DNA of 64,000 bases from an uncultured archaeon (GTDB taxonomy: Archaea > Thermoplasmatota > Penumbrarchaeia > JASLWR01): contig CAYFHS010000001.1 of NCBI GenBank assembly GCA_964342815.1, positions 147,849 to 211,848 on the forward strand, written 5' to 3'. Every line of letters begins with the position of its first letter. The stretch's first letter is position 1. The position numbers and the translations under genes were made by a program. The notes under the pieces were generated by a model, which was not told the DNA's origin, did not search any database, and was given only the letters and a program-made list of their open reading frames with translations. This document shows, piece after piece, positions 38,514 through 49,129 of the stretch.

Positions 38514-41500
38514 ATCACGTCGAATTCCTCTTCCTCAACCCTCTCATCCTCTGCCATCTCCTCATCAATCTCATTTTCTTTATCCTCGGCCCACACTTCA
38601 TCCACAATTTCCTCTTGCATCTGATTCTCTTCATCCTCGGCCCACACTTCGTCTACAATTTCCTCTTGCATCTGATTCTCTTCATCCTCGGCCCACACTT
38701 CGTCTACAATTTCCTCTTGCATCTGATTCTCTTCATCCTCGGCCCACACTTCGTCCACAATTTCATCGTCTCCCTCAATATCTTTGTCTGCGATCTCCTC
38801 TTCCATCCCATTACTTTCCCCCCCTGCCTCTTCATCATCAATTATCCTATCCTCCGATTCAGTTTCTTCATCCAAAAATTCCTCGTCTTCTTCCTCTTCC
38901 ATGTCAATACTATCTACCTCCACTAACTTGTCATCCATTATCTCCTTCTCGTCTTCTTCCTCTTCCTCCTCTTCCATGTCAATACTATCTACCTCCGCTA
39001 TTTCGTCATCCATTATCCCCTCCTCGTCTTCTTCCCCTGTCTCATCAACCATATCAATACTATCTTCTTCCTCTATTTCGTCATCCATTATCTCCTTCCC
39101 GTCTTCTTCCCCTGTCTCATCATCCAAGTCAATACTATCTTTCTCCGCTATTTCGTCATCGATTATCTCCTCCTCGTCTTCTTCCCCTGTCTCATCATCA
39201 CTGTCAATACTATCTTTCTTCGCTATTTCGTCATCGATTATCTCCTCCTCGTCTTCTTCCCCTGTCTCATCATCCATGTCAATACTATCTTCCTCCGCTA
39301 TTTCGTCATCCATTATCCCTTCCTCGTCTTCTTCCTCCTGCTCCTTGCGCTTTCTCGCGTAGAAGAAAACCCCTATCATTACGATGACAAGCAGAATCAC
39401 TATCACAATGATAATAATCCCCGTCCCGCTCTTGTACCAGGCCTCCTCGGCCTTCTCTCCTCCTACCCCGTCTCCACCGTCATCGTCATCCCCTACTTCT
39501 TCACTAGGAAGTGCAAATGCTGAGAAAATGGTAAAATGGCTTACATTCGCCCATACGATCCTGTTTTCTTCATCTATCCCAGTATTATCCGCCTTTTTCC
39601 ATTCGCCACCATCGAAATAGAATATTGTGGCTGAAGCATAGTTTACAGTCTCATTCGTTTTCACATCCGCATAAGATATTGTTATATTGGTCCACTTCAG
39701 ATCACCGGTAAAATCCAGCATTACATAGAAACCAATGTGAATATAACCCGCGGGTTCACCATCTACATATACTGGAGGATCGTTCACTCTTGCGGCCACG
39801 AGAGTCCCATTGCCGGAAACCGATATTTCGATCGACGTTCCCGTTTGGTCATCGGTATAATTAAGGAATCGTACATCGCCTTCCTCAACTGTAATTTCGC
39901 CTATTGGGGTGGTGTCACTGTCCTCTACGGCTATTACTGTGACAACAAAGGTATCGGTGCCGGTATTCCCCATTAAATCTATTACAGTGAGGTTTATTAT
40001 GTAATTTCCAGGAATACTGAAAGTGTATCTGGGTGTAGAGCCATTAAGGATCACTTCGCTCCCATCATAAAGAAAGATCCAACTAAAATTGATGATACCA
40101 ATATTGTCGGTGGAGCCGCTGCCATCGAAGAGAATCTCGGTATTCTGATCAGCTGTCACATCAAGACCTGCATTGGCAACAGGCACATCGGAATCTGTTA
40201 CATTGACGTAAATTACACCTGAAGCAAGGTTATTTGCGCCATCCGAAACAGTCAATGTAATCTCAAATGATCCAGCCGTGTGGAAAGTAAAATTTACCGT
40301 GACACCATAAAGTGTGATATTGGATTTGTCAAGGAATGTCCATGTCCAATTCAAGATTCCAATATTATCAGAGCTTTGGCTGCCATTGAAAATAATTGTA
40401 GTATGCTGTGGTATTGTCTTATTGCTTGTTGCGATCACAGTGGGTTTGTCATTATCACCTATATTTATTGATTTTATCGAACTCATAATATAGTTATCGG
40501 AAGAATCACAAACTATGATCCGATATGTCAGATTGGAAAGATCATGATCAACCGTAATGTTTGCCCACCAATAATTTCCAATTTTATTTAATGAGATATT
40601 ATCCATCAATTCGCCATGGCCCCAGTCCGCAAATACCGAAAAAACATCAATGTTGTCAACAGCACTAACATTAAACTGGAAGATATCTCCGGTTGTTCCT
40701 GTTGTTTGTGTGTTATCAATGTAAGTAGGTCGGTCGTTATCAGTTATGTCAACGGAACGAAGACTGCTTATGGCGTAATTATCGGATGCATCATTCACGT
40801 ATATTGTATAGTTTAGATCGTTAAGACTCTGGTCCAGCATAATGCTGCTTGTCCAGTAGTTTCCTATCCTAATAAGTGAGACATTTCCTGTGAGAGTGTC
40901 ATGACGCCAATTAACGTAAATCGAATCAACATCTATATTATCCGAAGCGGAAACATTGAATACGAAATCATCGCCGGTTGTCCCAGTATTCGCGCTATTC
41001 TCAGAAACGAGCGCCGGAGCATCATTATCGCTTACAGAAACGGACTGAGCCACACTGTAATTGTAGTTATTTGACGTATCATTGAAGTAGATTATGTAGC
41101 TAAGCTCGCCGAGATCGTCGTCCAGTTTGATCGTTCCAATCCAGAAACCACCTGCCAAGGCCAGGGACTTATTTCCGCTCAAAATACCATGGGTCCAATT
41201 CACATAAATCGTATCCAACTCTATGTTATCTGACGCGCTGACATTAAATTCGAAATTGTCGCCGGTTGTTCCCGTATTCGCGCTGTTATCAGTACCAATA
41301 ACCGGGGCATCATTATCACTTACGGAAACTGTCTGCACCGCACTGGAATTGTAGTTATTGGATGTATCATTGATATGGATGACATAACTAAGATCACTAA
41401 GATTGTTATCAAGAGTAATCGTAGCTAACCAAAAGGCCCCGCTCAAGCTCAATGAATTATTCCCGCTCAAACTACCGTGACTCCAGTTCACATGAACCGT

Positions 41501-44500
41501 ATCGACCTCTAGGTTGTCATAAGCGCTGATGTTAAAAATAAAATTGTTCCCGGTAAAACCGTTATCTGAACTGTTGTCGGTAAAATAGGGTAACTCGTTG
41601 TCTGTCACGTTCACATTTTGGATCGCACTGATATTGTAATTATTTGATGTGTCGTTTATATAAATGATATAACTAAGGTCACTGACATTATCATCAAGTA
41701 TTATAGTTGCCAACCAATATGCATCCGTCAAGCTCAATGATATATTTCCACTCAAACTACCGTGACCCCAGTTCACAAAAACCTTGTGAACCTCTATGTT
41801 GTCAGAAGCGCTGATATTTAACTCGAATTTTTTTCCGGTATAACCGTTATTGGGACTGTTGTCGGTAAAATCAGGTGCCTCGTTATCGGTGACATTTACA
41901 GTTTGGACGTCACTGATATTGTAATTATTTGATGTGTCGTTGACATAGATAGTATAATTCAGCTGACCTGTATCATTATCAAGGCTTATTGTTCCAAGCC
42001 AAAAATTGTTCGTCTCCGTTAGAGAGATATTATCCTTAAAATTCCCATGACTCCAGTTCACATAAACCGTATCGACCTCTGAGTTGTCCGAAGCGCTGAT
42101 ATTGAAATCAAAATTTTCGCCAGTTATTCCCTCATTCGGGCTGTTATCGGCATCGATGGATGGAGTGATATCATCATGGCCCCCGGCAGGATCTACGAGA
42201 GGATAGCGATCCACACTCCCTTCGTTCCCATCGATCTGGTATGAAATATTCCAAACAGTACCGTTATCGGATGCGCTTGGATATCGGGAGCTATAATCCG
42301 ACCAGTAATTACCCTCGCTGATATTATCATCCCAAAGATTGTCCTTTCCGTCATCAAATGCCTGAACTCCTCCGCCGTTATTATCACTGAACCAGTTGTG
42401 GTGAATAGTGTTATTATCCGAAGCTGCGTTGGCGATCTTTATTCCTACATCCGTATTGTTCGAGAATACGTTTAGGTCGATAGTATTGTTATCAGAGGAG
42501 AGGAGATACATGCCCCGGGTGTTATTGTCGCATGTATTGTTAGTAATATTATTGGAGAGAGATGAGGAGAAGAATATACCATCGGTGTTATTGTTGCACG
42601 TGCTATTGCTAATATTATTGTTATCGGAACTGGAGAAATAGATTCCCAAATTGTTGGAATTACCAGTGTTGTTCATCAAGTCGTTGCTGTTTGATGAAGT
42701 AAGCTGGAACCCATAGTTAGTATTCGAGTTTGCGGTGTTACCGATTATGATGTTTTGATCGGAAGAAGCTAGTCGGATGCCTGTGTTGCTGTTGGAGCTT
42801 GCCGTGTTATTCGTCAGGTTGTTGCTGTTGCTGGAAGAGGTAAGGTAGATACCAAATGAATTCGAGTTGACAGTGTTGTTGAATATTATGTTGTTATTGC
42901 TAGTCGAGAGGTAGATTCCATTGTCGTTCGAGGACAAAAGGTTGTTCATTAATATATTGCTGCTCGATGAGCTGACGTAGATCCCATCGAAGGTATTGGA
43001 GTTAGCAGTATTGTTGGTTACATTGTTGCCGCCGGAAGAAGACAGGTAAATGCCAAATGAATTCGAGCTTGCTGTATTGTTATCTATATTATTATTCGTG
43101 GAAGAAAAGATGTAAATTCCATTGGTATTGGAAGTAAGGTCATTATAGCCAATATCATTATTGTTGCAGGAGGAGGAAAGATAAATCCCGTTGGTATTGT
43201 TCGAGGCATTGTTACCAGCGATATTATTATAACAATTTGACGAATGGAAGTAAATCCCATAATCGCTGTTCGAGCTTGCTGTATTGTTTAATAGAAAGTT
43301 GTAGCCATTGGATTCAAGGTAAATTCCATTGGTATTCAGGTTTGCGGTATTATTGATAAAGGTGTCATTGATGGAGGAAGAAAATCTGAATCCGGTATCG
43401 TTATTCGAATTTGCAGTGTTGTTTATAAGGATGTTGTCATTTGAAGTTGTGACATAGAATCCACGATAGTTATAGTTACAAATTGAGTCGGAGATATTGC
43501 TATTATTGGAAAAATGGCTATAGATACCGTAATAGTTCGAGTTGCAGCTAATATTGCTCAACGTATTATTATTTGAATAATAGAGGTAAACCCCATAGTT
43601 GCTATTCGCGCTGCTGGTGATATTTGCAACAGTATTGTTTTCCGAAAAACCGAGAAGAACCCCTACAGAGCCATCGCTGACATTCTGCCCTTCAATTTTA
43701 ACATCCGTACAATTAACGAGAATAATCTGCCCTCCCCCGGGAGGGATATTTCCACCGGAAACGTTCACCCAATAATATACCGGATTACCATTGACTGTGT
43801 TAGAGGTGTTTATTGAATGTGTATTCCAATGCAGAGGGGATGAGCCGGAAAGGAATATCCCGTTTTCAAACATATGATTATAGCTAAATGAGTTGCCCAT
43901 GGAATCAAATAATAGGATACCATCGGAATTATTTGAGTTGAAAGTATTATTTGTCATTGTGTTGTAGTTTGAAGAGTCGATATAGACCGCATAGTTGTTC
44001 AAGTTCAAGGTATTGTTAATTAAGGTGTTATTTTCTGACGAATGAAGATAAATACCAAAGAAATTCGTTCCCACAGTATTGTTATCGATACTCCCGTTGA
44101 TTACACTATTACAATATATCCCATATTTGTTTTTGTAGCAGATGTTATTATATATACGATAGTAGTCGTTTTGGACATCGATCCCTGCATCATTTCCGCT
44201 GGAACCGCTATTTGTTACATTAAAACCCGTTATATTAACCCAGGCAGATGTGATCCGTACCACATCACCGTTTCCGTCTCCGTCGATAGTGGTATTCGCA
44301 CTTCCGTTACCGATTATAGTAACAGTACGGTTAATGATCACGTTTTCGCTGTAATTCCCTGCAAATACGTATATTGTGTCGCCGGGATTGGAAGCATTTA
44401 TGGCATCTTGAATTGTAACATGATCTTGTCCACCACTGGCGTCAACGATAATGTTCCCACGTTTTCCACTGATAATACCTTTATGATCGCAATCTTTAAT

Positions 44501-44617
44501 AATTCTGGATTCCTGGTGATGTTTCTCGTTTCTTAGCCACTCAGTATTATTGACGAGGCCAATGAATATTCCGTTGAGTAAGATAAACACAAATATAATG
44601 CTTAAAACTTTTTTCAT
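38510..44617 (-). CDS. Giant surface protein: NosD/CASH parallel beta-helix, six ~96-aa Ig-like repeats, 2 PKD domains, TM, acidic repeat tail
   Basis: Start MKKVLS at 44617 with GGAGG upstream. TIQDAINASNPGDTIYV, many GIYLxSSxNNxxxNN repeats, DN..P...DNS...G.TG..F.FN.SA.DN repeats, FDGSGSTDNIGI PKD motif, TM then RKRK. Confidence 0.85.
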   Translation of the reverse strand: MKKVLSIIFVFILLNGIFIGLVNNTEWLRNEKHHQESRIIKDCDHKGIISGKRGNIIVDASGGQDHVTIQDAINASNPGDTIYVFAGNYSENVIINRTVTIIGNGSANTTIDGDGNGDVVRITSAWVNITGFNVTNSGSSGNDAGIDVQNDYYRIYNNICYKNKYGIYCNSVINGSIDNNTVGTNFFGIYLHSSENNTLINNTLNLNNYAVYIDSSNYNTMTNNTFNSNNSDGILLFDSMGNSFSYNHMFENGIFLSGSSPLHWNTHSINTSNTVNGNPVYYWVNVSGGNIPPGGGQIILVNCTDVKIEGQNVSDGSVGVLLGFSENNTVANITSSANSNYGVYLYYSNNNTLSNISCNSNYYGIYSHFSNNSNISDSICNYNYRGFYVTTSNDNILINNTANSNNDTGFRFSSSINDTFINNTANLNTNGIYLESNGYNFLLNNTASSNSDYGIYFHSSNCYNNIAGNNASNNTNGIYLSSSCNNNDIGYNDLTSNTNGIYIFSSTNNNIDNNTASSNSFGIYLSSSGGNNVTNNTANSNTFDGIYVSSSSSNILMNNLLSSNDNGIYLSTSNNNIIFNNTVNSNSFGIYLTSSSNSNNLTNNTASSNSNTGIRLASSDQNIIIGNTANSNTNYGFQLTSSNSNDLMNNTGNSNNLGIYFSSSDNNNISNSTCNNNTDGIFFSSSLSNNITNNTCDNNTRGMYLLSSDNNTIDLNVFSNNTDVGIKIANAASDNNTIHHNWFSDNNGGGVQAFDDGKDNLWDDNISEGNYWSDYSSRYPSASDNGTVWNISYQIDGNEGSVDRYPLVDPAGGHDDITPSIDADNSPNEGITGENFDFNISASDNSEVDTVYVNWSHGNFKDNISLTETNNFWLGTISLDNDTGQLNYTIYVNDTSNNYNISDVQTVNVTDNEAPDFTDNSPNNGYTGKKFELNISASDNIEVHKVFVNWGHGSLSGNISLSLTDAYWLATIILDDNVSDLSYIIYINDTSNNYNISAIQNVNVTDNELPYFTDNSSDNGFTGNNFIFNISAYDNLEVDTVHVNWSHGSLSGNNSLSLSGAFWLATITLDNNLSDLSYVIHINDTSNNYNSSAVQTVSVSDNDAPVIGTDNSANTGTTGDNFEFNVSASDNIELDTIYVNWTHGILSGNKSLALAGGFWIGTIKLDDDLGELSYIIYFNDTSNNYNYSVAQSVSVSDNDAPALVSENSANTGTTGDDFVFNVSASDNIDVDSIYVNWRHDTLTGNVSLIRIGNYWTSSIMLDQSLNDLNYTIYVNDASDNYAISSLRSVDITDNDRPTYIDNTQTTGTTGDIFQFNVSAVDNIDVFSVFADWGHGELMDNISLNKIGNYWWANITVDHDLSNLTYRIIVCDSSDNYIMSSIKSINIGDNDKPTVIATSNKTIPQHTTIIFNGSQSSDNIGILNWTWTFLDKSNITLYGVTVNFTFHTAGSFEITLTVSDGANNLASGVIYVNVTDSDVPVANAGLDVTADQNTEILFDGSGSTDNIGIINFSWIFLYDGSEVILNGSTPRYTFSIPGNYIINLTVIDLMGNTGTDTFVVTVIAVEDSDTTPIGEITVEEGDVRFLNYTDDQTGTSIEISVSGNGTLVAARVNDPPVYVDGEPAGYIHIGFYVMLDFTGDLKWTNITISYADVKTNETVNYASATIFYFDGGEWKKADNTGIDEENRIVWANVSHFTIFSAFALPSEEVGDDDDGGDGVGGEKAEEAWYKSGTGIIIIVIVILLVIVMIGVFFYARKRKEQEEEDEEGIMDDEIAEEDSIDMDDETGEEDEEEIIDDEIAKKDSIDSDDETGEEDEEEIIDDEIAEKDSIDLDDETGEEDGKEIMDDEIEEEDSIDMVDETGEEDEEGIMDDEIAEVDSIDMEEEEEEEDEKEIMDDKLVEVDSIDMEEEEDEEFLDEETESEDRIIDDEEAGGESNGMEEEIADKDIEGDDEIVDEVWAEDEENQMQEEIVDEVWAEDEENQMQEEIVDEVWAEDEENQMQEEIVDEVWAEDKENEIDEEMAEDERVEEEEFDVI
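38582..38765. repeat. 51-bp tandem repeat (3 full units plus 1 partial) encoding DEVWAEDEENQMQEEIV
   Basis: Near-identical units start at 38582, 38633, 38684 and 38735. Confidence 0.9.
38890..39337. repeat. ~75-bp tandem repeat (6 units) encoding EEDEEEIIDDEIAEEDSIDxDDETG
   Basis: Six 25-aa acidic units in translation, with the DNA repeat visible. Confidence 0.85.
40465..42180 (-). repeat. Six ~96-aa tandem domain repeats in the beta-helix protein stalk
   Basis: Repeated motif DNS..G.TG..F.FN(I/V)SA.DN.....V.VNW.HG....N.SL....W..I.LD.....L.Y.I..ND.S.NY; boundaries approximate. Confidence 0.75.
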
Positions 44618-44905
44618 AACATTCCTCCATACCACTTAACAATTGTTAAGTCAACGAAAATCTCTTTTTCTATAAATCTTTTCTTAGGCTAATAATTATA
44701 ATATCGACAATACATTTCTTAGGTAAAAAAATAGTTTTTATCACGGTACGGACAAACAATACCAGGTGAAAAATGAAACAAGCTTATATTCTAAAAGTGA
44801 GAGCGGAGTGGACAGGAACTACCACGAATTATGGAGCCTAGTGCCCTATAACCCGGGAAATCCTAAACGAATCCAAATATCGTATAGACTTATGAATGGT
44901 TTTTT

Positions 44906-46282
44906 TTATATCGCTTTCGGCGTCGGAGGGATCAATCCCCTATCCATCAGAGCCCTGGTTTTGTTCCGCGATTGTTCGATTATTTCCCGTGCCCTATCAC
45001 GTATCTCCTGCGTGGACAGCTTCCGCCTCGCTATACCCTGCTCGATGGCTTTACGTCCCACATATTCAGCCTCCTTGATGAAAACCTCCCAGTCATCCAT
45101 TGTGGGAACGATGTAATCCTCGTGTATTCCCTTTTCCACGGCGGTCTCCGCGATGGCGTCCGCAGCGGCAATGGCCATCTCATCGGTGATGGTGGTTGCA
45201 CGTACATCCAGTGTACCCCGGAAGATTCCCGGGAAACCTATTGAATTGTTTATCTGGTTGGGGAAGTCGCTCCTACCAGTACCCACAATTCTTGCTCCTG
45301 CTTCCTTTGCTTCCCAGGGCCAGATCTCCGGAACCGGGTTAGCAACCGGGAATACGATGGCATCATCGTTCATGTCCCGAACCCAATCTTTCTTGATAAT
45401 TCCCGGCCCCGGTCTGGATGCAGCCACGAGAACATCGGCCCCTTTCATTGCCTCTTTGATCCCACCGGTCAAACCGTCCGGATTCGTTGTGGAAGCGAAA
45501 TCGTATTTCCAGGGATTTATTTCCTTCATTCGAGCAAGGTCCTCTCTTCCGTGATGAAGTATTCCCTTGCTGTCCACCAGGGTAATATTTCTTCTAGGAA
45601 CACCATATTTCGTGAGAACCCTGAGATAGGCGATGTTGGCGGCTCCCACGCCATTTACGGCAAATTTTGCTTCATCTATCTTTTTTCCAACGACCTTGAG
45701 TGCGTTAATGGTACCGGCAAGGGTTATGCTTGCAGTACCCTGCTGGTCATCGTGCCACACGGGAATGTCCATTTCTTTTCGTAACCTTTCAAGTATGTAG
45801 AAGCAATCAGGCACTTTTATATCTTCGAGGTTGATACCGCCGAACGTGGGTTCCACAAGTTTTACGGTTTCAATGAACTTATCGGGGTCCTCCGTATCTA
45901 TCATCAGAGGCTGAGCATCCACTCCCCCGAGATATTTAAAAAGAAGCCCCTTCCCCTCCATTACCGGAAGACCTGCATAGGGACCGATGTTTCCAAGGCC
46001 AAGTACTCTTGTGCCGTTGCTGGCCACCGCCACCGTATTCCACCGGTTGGTCAATTCGTTTACCTCGGAGATATCTTCCTTGATGGCGAGGCATGGCTGG
46101 GCAACGCCAGGAGTATAATAAACCGCGAAATCACTGAACGAACTTATGGAACACTTGGAAATGATTTCTATTTTACCTTGAAAATGTCTATGCCAGGGTA
46201 TTCCCTTGCGGACCGGTTCTTTCGCTTTTTCCAGTAATTTTGAAGCATCGATAGGTGAATTCTTTTCACTTTCTTCTGCCAT
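44906..46282 (-). CDS. NAD(P)-dependent malic enzyme
   Basis: YTPGVAQPC, SNGTRVLGLGNIG, PVMEGKGLLFK, GGINLEDI, VWHDDQQGT, TGRSDFPNQINN. Confidence 0.93.
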   Translation of the reverse strand: MAEESEKNSPIDASKLLEKAKEPVRKGIPWHRHFQGKIEIISKCSISSFSDFAVYYTPGVAQPCLAIKEDISEVNELTNRWNTVAVASNGTRVLGLGNIGPYAGLPVMEGKGLLFKYLGGVDAQPLMIDTEDPDKFIETVKLVEPTFGGINLEDIKVPDCFYILERLRKEMDIPVWHDDQQGTASITLAGTINALKVVGKKIDEAKFAVNGVGAANIAYLRVLTKYGVPRRNITLVDSKGILHHGREDLARMKEINPWKYDFASTTNPDGLTGGIKEAMKGADVLVAASRPGPGIIKKDWVRDMNDDAIVFPVANPVPEIWPWEAKEAGARIVGTGRSDFPNQINNSIGFPGIFRGTLDVRATTITDEMAIAAADAIAETAVEKGIHEDYIVPTMDDWEVFIKEAEYVGRKAIEQGIARRKLSTQEIRDRAREIIEQSRNKTRALMDRGLIPPTPKAI

Positions 46283-46574
46283 ATTGCTACCATCCTAGCG
46301 TGATTTAAGTGCTTATCTCTTTCGGATATATAAAAACCACTTTTGTATTTATTTATTACATGATTCAATTGATGTAAAGTTAGGTATACTGAAGGATGGA
46401 TAGGGAAAAAATCACGCTTCAATCACTTTCTTGTCTAAAACGATATATGATGCTAAAATATCTATAGACGGTTACTTTTCACCTATCTTTAGTCCAGGTA
46501 TAATTGTCTTAGCTTTGTTTCCCCCTTTTTCATGCACCAGCGTTACATCATCGTACTTTCGGAGGTAATGATCC

Positions 46575-47129
46575 ATGAAAGACCTTGTTGTTTACTTTTC
46601 CAGAACCGGAAACAATCGATTTCTCGCAGAACGTATAGCCCGCGACCTTAACGCCGATATAGAACCCATCCGGCCACGGTTGAATGTATTCTTTTTCCTG
46701 CTCATATCCTCCCTAACGCATGTGACCTTCGGTATACGCAAACTTAAAAAGGATGTTGCCTCGTACGAATGCGTTATTCTTGTTGGCCCAATCTGGATGG
46801 GGAGCCTCATAACGCCCTTTCGGTCCTTTCTTAAGAAATACAAAATGGCTCTCAAATCGGTCTATTTCGTCACCTGCTGCGGCAGCGACGAGAAAGAAAA
46901 GGACGGCAAGTTTGGTTATAATAGAGTTTTTAAAAAAGCTGAAAAATACGCAGGTAGACCATGTGAATTGTGCGAGGCTTTCTCCATCAAGCTGGTGGTG
47001 CCAGAAGATAAGCGGGATGATGATAAGGCCATTATGGAGGCTCGTTTGACAAATGAATCATTCAAAGGACCTTTTAAGCAAAAATACGACCAGTTCCTCT
47101 CAAAATTATTCAGAATCTCAAAAGGATGA
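46575..47129 (+). CDS. Flavodoxin-like protein
   Basis: VVYFSRTGNNRFLA FMN-binding loop; LVGPIWMG; FVTCCG. Confidence 0.8.
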   Translation: MKDLVVYFSRTGNNRFLAERIARDLNADIEPIRPRLNVFFFLLISSLTHVTFGIRKLKKDVASYECVILVGPIWMGSLITPFRSFLKKYKMALKSVYFVTCCGSDEKEKDGKFGYNRVFKKAEKYAGRPCELCEAFSIKLVVPEDKRDDDKAIMEARLTNESFKGPFKQKYDQFLSKLFRISKG

Positions 47130-47196
47130 GGTTTAAATCAAATTTCGGGGAAATGAACAGTTGATTTTTTCTTTTTCGATATCTTTAATTACAATA

Positions 47197-48204
47197 TCAT
47201 AACTCGGCCCCTTCCCACCAGTTTTTTGGCTCAAAGGGCGTGTTGATAGTCTGACCTATTTGAGGTGCCATGAATGGAAGGTTATTATTATTCGCTGCTT
47301 TGGAAAATCTCTGTATGGGTTCCAGCCAGGCATGGTAGGCCAGGTTGAATTTGCCCCAATGGATAGGCATGGCCATTTTGCTTTTGAGATCAAGACAAGC
47401 TTGAACGGATTCTTCAGGCAGAAGATGGATCAACTTCCAATCCCTTGAATAAGCTCCGCATTCAATGAGCGAAAGGTCGAAAGGTCCGTACCGATCACCG
47501 ATTTTCATAAACTCAGGGGAGTAACCCCCATCACCGCTGAAGAACACGGAATGATCTTTCCCTTTAATTACCCAAGATCCCCAAAGACTGGTATTGGAAC
47601 TTAAAGCTCCTCGACCGGAGAAATGACGGCTGGGAGTAAAAGTGTAATTAAAATCATCACGCTCCATTTCCTGATACCACTCAAACTCAGTTATCCGATC
47701 CGCTTCAATTCCATATTTTTCTAGCCATTTTCCGACATTTTTTGGTGCGAAAAAAGCATTCGCTTTTTTCAAGAGAAGAGATATAGTTATCTTGTCAAGA
47801 TGGTCGTAATGGTTGTGAGATAACAGAACAATATCTATCTCGGGCATATCATTTGCCAGGAAGGTCCTGCTATAGTCGAAGGGTTTGGAACCCGGCAACC
47901 TTGATGGACCCACGGATTTTCCGGATAGAACCGGATCCGTAATAATGATTCTGCCTTCAATATTGATAAGCACTGTGGAATGACCGAACCAGGCAATACC
48001 GAGACCTTTTTTCGAATTGGTGAATTTCTTAGCGTTAAAATCACCTGTTTTTATCGGATACGAAGGCCTCCTTTCCTTTCTGGACCCGAAAATGAATTTC
48101 CCCATCATCTTTGTCATGGGTGTCTTGTTGGGATTCATTGGGGTTTTCAAAAGATTCTTGAACTTCTTTTCATTACCATGCTTGCACAATTTCTTTATGG
48201 TCAT
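47197..48204 (-). CDS. Metallo-beta-lactamase-fold hydrolase (NAPE-PLD/RomA-like)
   Basis: WFGHST, TDPV, SHNHYDHLD, HFSGRG, FSGDGGY, PIHWGKF. Confidence 0.88.
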   Translation of the reverse strand: MTIKKLCKHGNEKKFKNLLKTPMNPNKTPMTKMMGKFIFGSRKERRPSYPIKTGDFNAKKFTNSKKGLGIAWFGHSTVLINIEGRIIITDPVLSGKSVGPSRLPGSKPFDYSRTFLANDMPEIDIVLLSHNHYDHLDKITISLLLKKANAFFAPKNVGKWLEKYGIEADRITEFEWYQEMERDDFNYTFTPSRHFSGRGALSSNTSLWGSWVIKGKDHSVFFSGDGGYSPEFMKIGDRYGPFDLSLIECGAYSRDWKLIHLLPEESVQACLDLKSKMAMPIHWGKFNLAYHAWLEPIQRFSKAANNNNLPFMAPQIGQTINTPFEPKNWWEGAEL

Positions 48205-48256
48205 TCATTCACCCGTCTTATCGAATCTTGATGGGCATTATGCAAACCTGGACAAA

Positions 48257-49129
48257 TTAATGCTCATCCAAATCCTCTTTACTCAACAACCCAGGTATCT
48301 CACCGGGAGTCATGGCAACCATAACTCCGGCAGCCTGCAACGCCTCTATCTTTGACTGTGCAGTTCCTTTCCCTCCTGATATGATGGCTCCGGCATGCCC
48401 CATGGTCTTACCCCTTGGAGCTGCCCGGCCTGCGATGTAGGCCACCACAGGTTTCGTAATATTGCTCTTTATGTACTCCGCCGCTTCTTCCTCGGCGCTG
48501 CCTCCGATCTCTCCGATCAGCACAATTCCCGCTGTATCCGTGTCACTTTCGAAACGCGCCAGCAGCTCGATGAAATTCAACCCCACTATTGGGTCGCCGC
48601 CCAGCCCTATTGCAGTGGACTGACCCATGCCCGCCTTACTTAGATCGTCCACTATCTCGTATGTAAGAGTGCCGCTCCGTGATATGAGACCGATGTTTCC
48701 GGGACTGAATACGTGGGCTGGCATTACTCCCATCTTGCATTTCCCCGGACTGATGATGCCGGGAGTGTTCGGGCCTACGACGACTATTTCTTTTTTACTG
48801 GCCCGGTGGACGATCTCCAGAGAATCATGTATCGGAATGTGCTCAGTAATAACCACAACCGGATCCAGTCCGAATTCGATTGCTTCCAGAGCAGCGTCTT
48901 TCGCAAAGGCTGCTGGAACGAAGATAATGGATGCCGTGGGTTTTTCGGGAATCTCATCGAATGAATCATAGACCATTATATCTCCCACCTTTTCACCACC
49001 CTTTCCCGGCGTCACTCCTGCCACGACATTTGTTCCGTAATCGATCAATCTTTCAGTATGGAACCTCCCTTGGCCTCCTGTAATTCCCTGGACAACCACT
49101 TTGGTCGCTTCGTCGATTATTATTGACAT
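48257..49129 (-). CDS. sucD: Succinyl-CoA synthetase alpha subunit
   Basis: VQGITG, GVTPGKGG, GPNTPG, SRSGTLTYE, GEIGG, MGHAGAII phospho-His motif. Confidence 0.95.
   Translation of the reverse strand: MSIIIDEATKVVVQGITGGQGRFHTERLIDYGTNVVAGVTPGKGGEKVGDIMVYDSFDEIPEKPTASIIFVPAAFAKDAALEAIEFGLDPVVVITEHIPIHDSLEIVHRASKKEIVVVGPNTPGIISPGKCKMGVMPAHVFSPGNIGLISRSGTLTYEIVDDLSKAGMGQSTAIGLGGDPIVGLNFIELLARFESDTDTAGIVLIGEIGGSAEEEAAEYIKSNITKPVVAYIAGRAAPRGKTMGHAGAIISGGKGTAQSKIEALQAAGVMVAMTPGEIPGLLSKEDLDEH

Noticed and set aside
38582-38765. CRISPR-like array
   Set aside because: Repeats are contiguous without unique spacers and lie in frame inside a CDS.
44766-44900. Possible tRNA/ncRNA between the beta-helix gene and malic enzyme
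   Set aside because: No T-loop (TTCRA) or cloverleaf; only a short hairpin.
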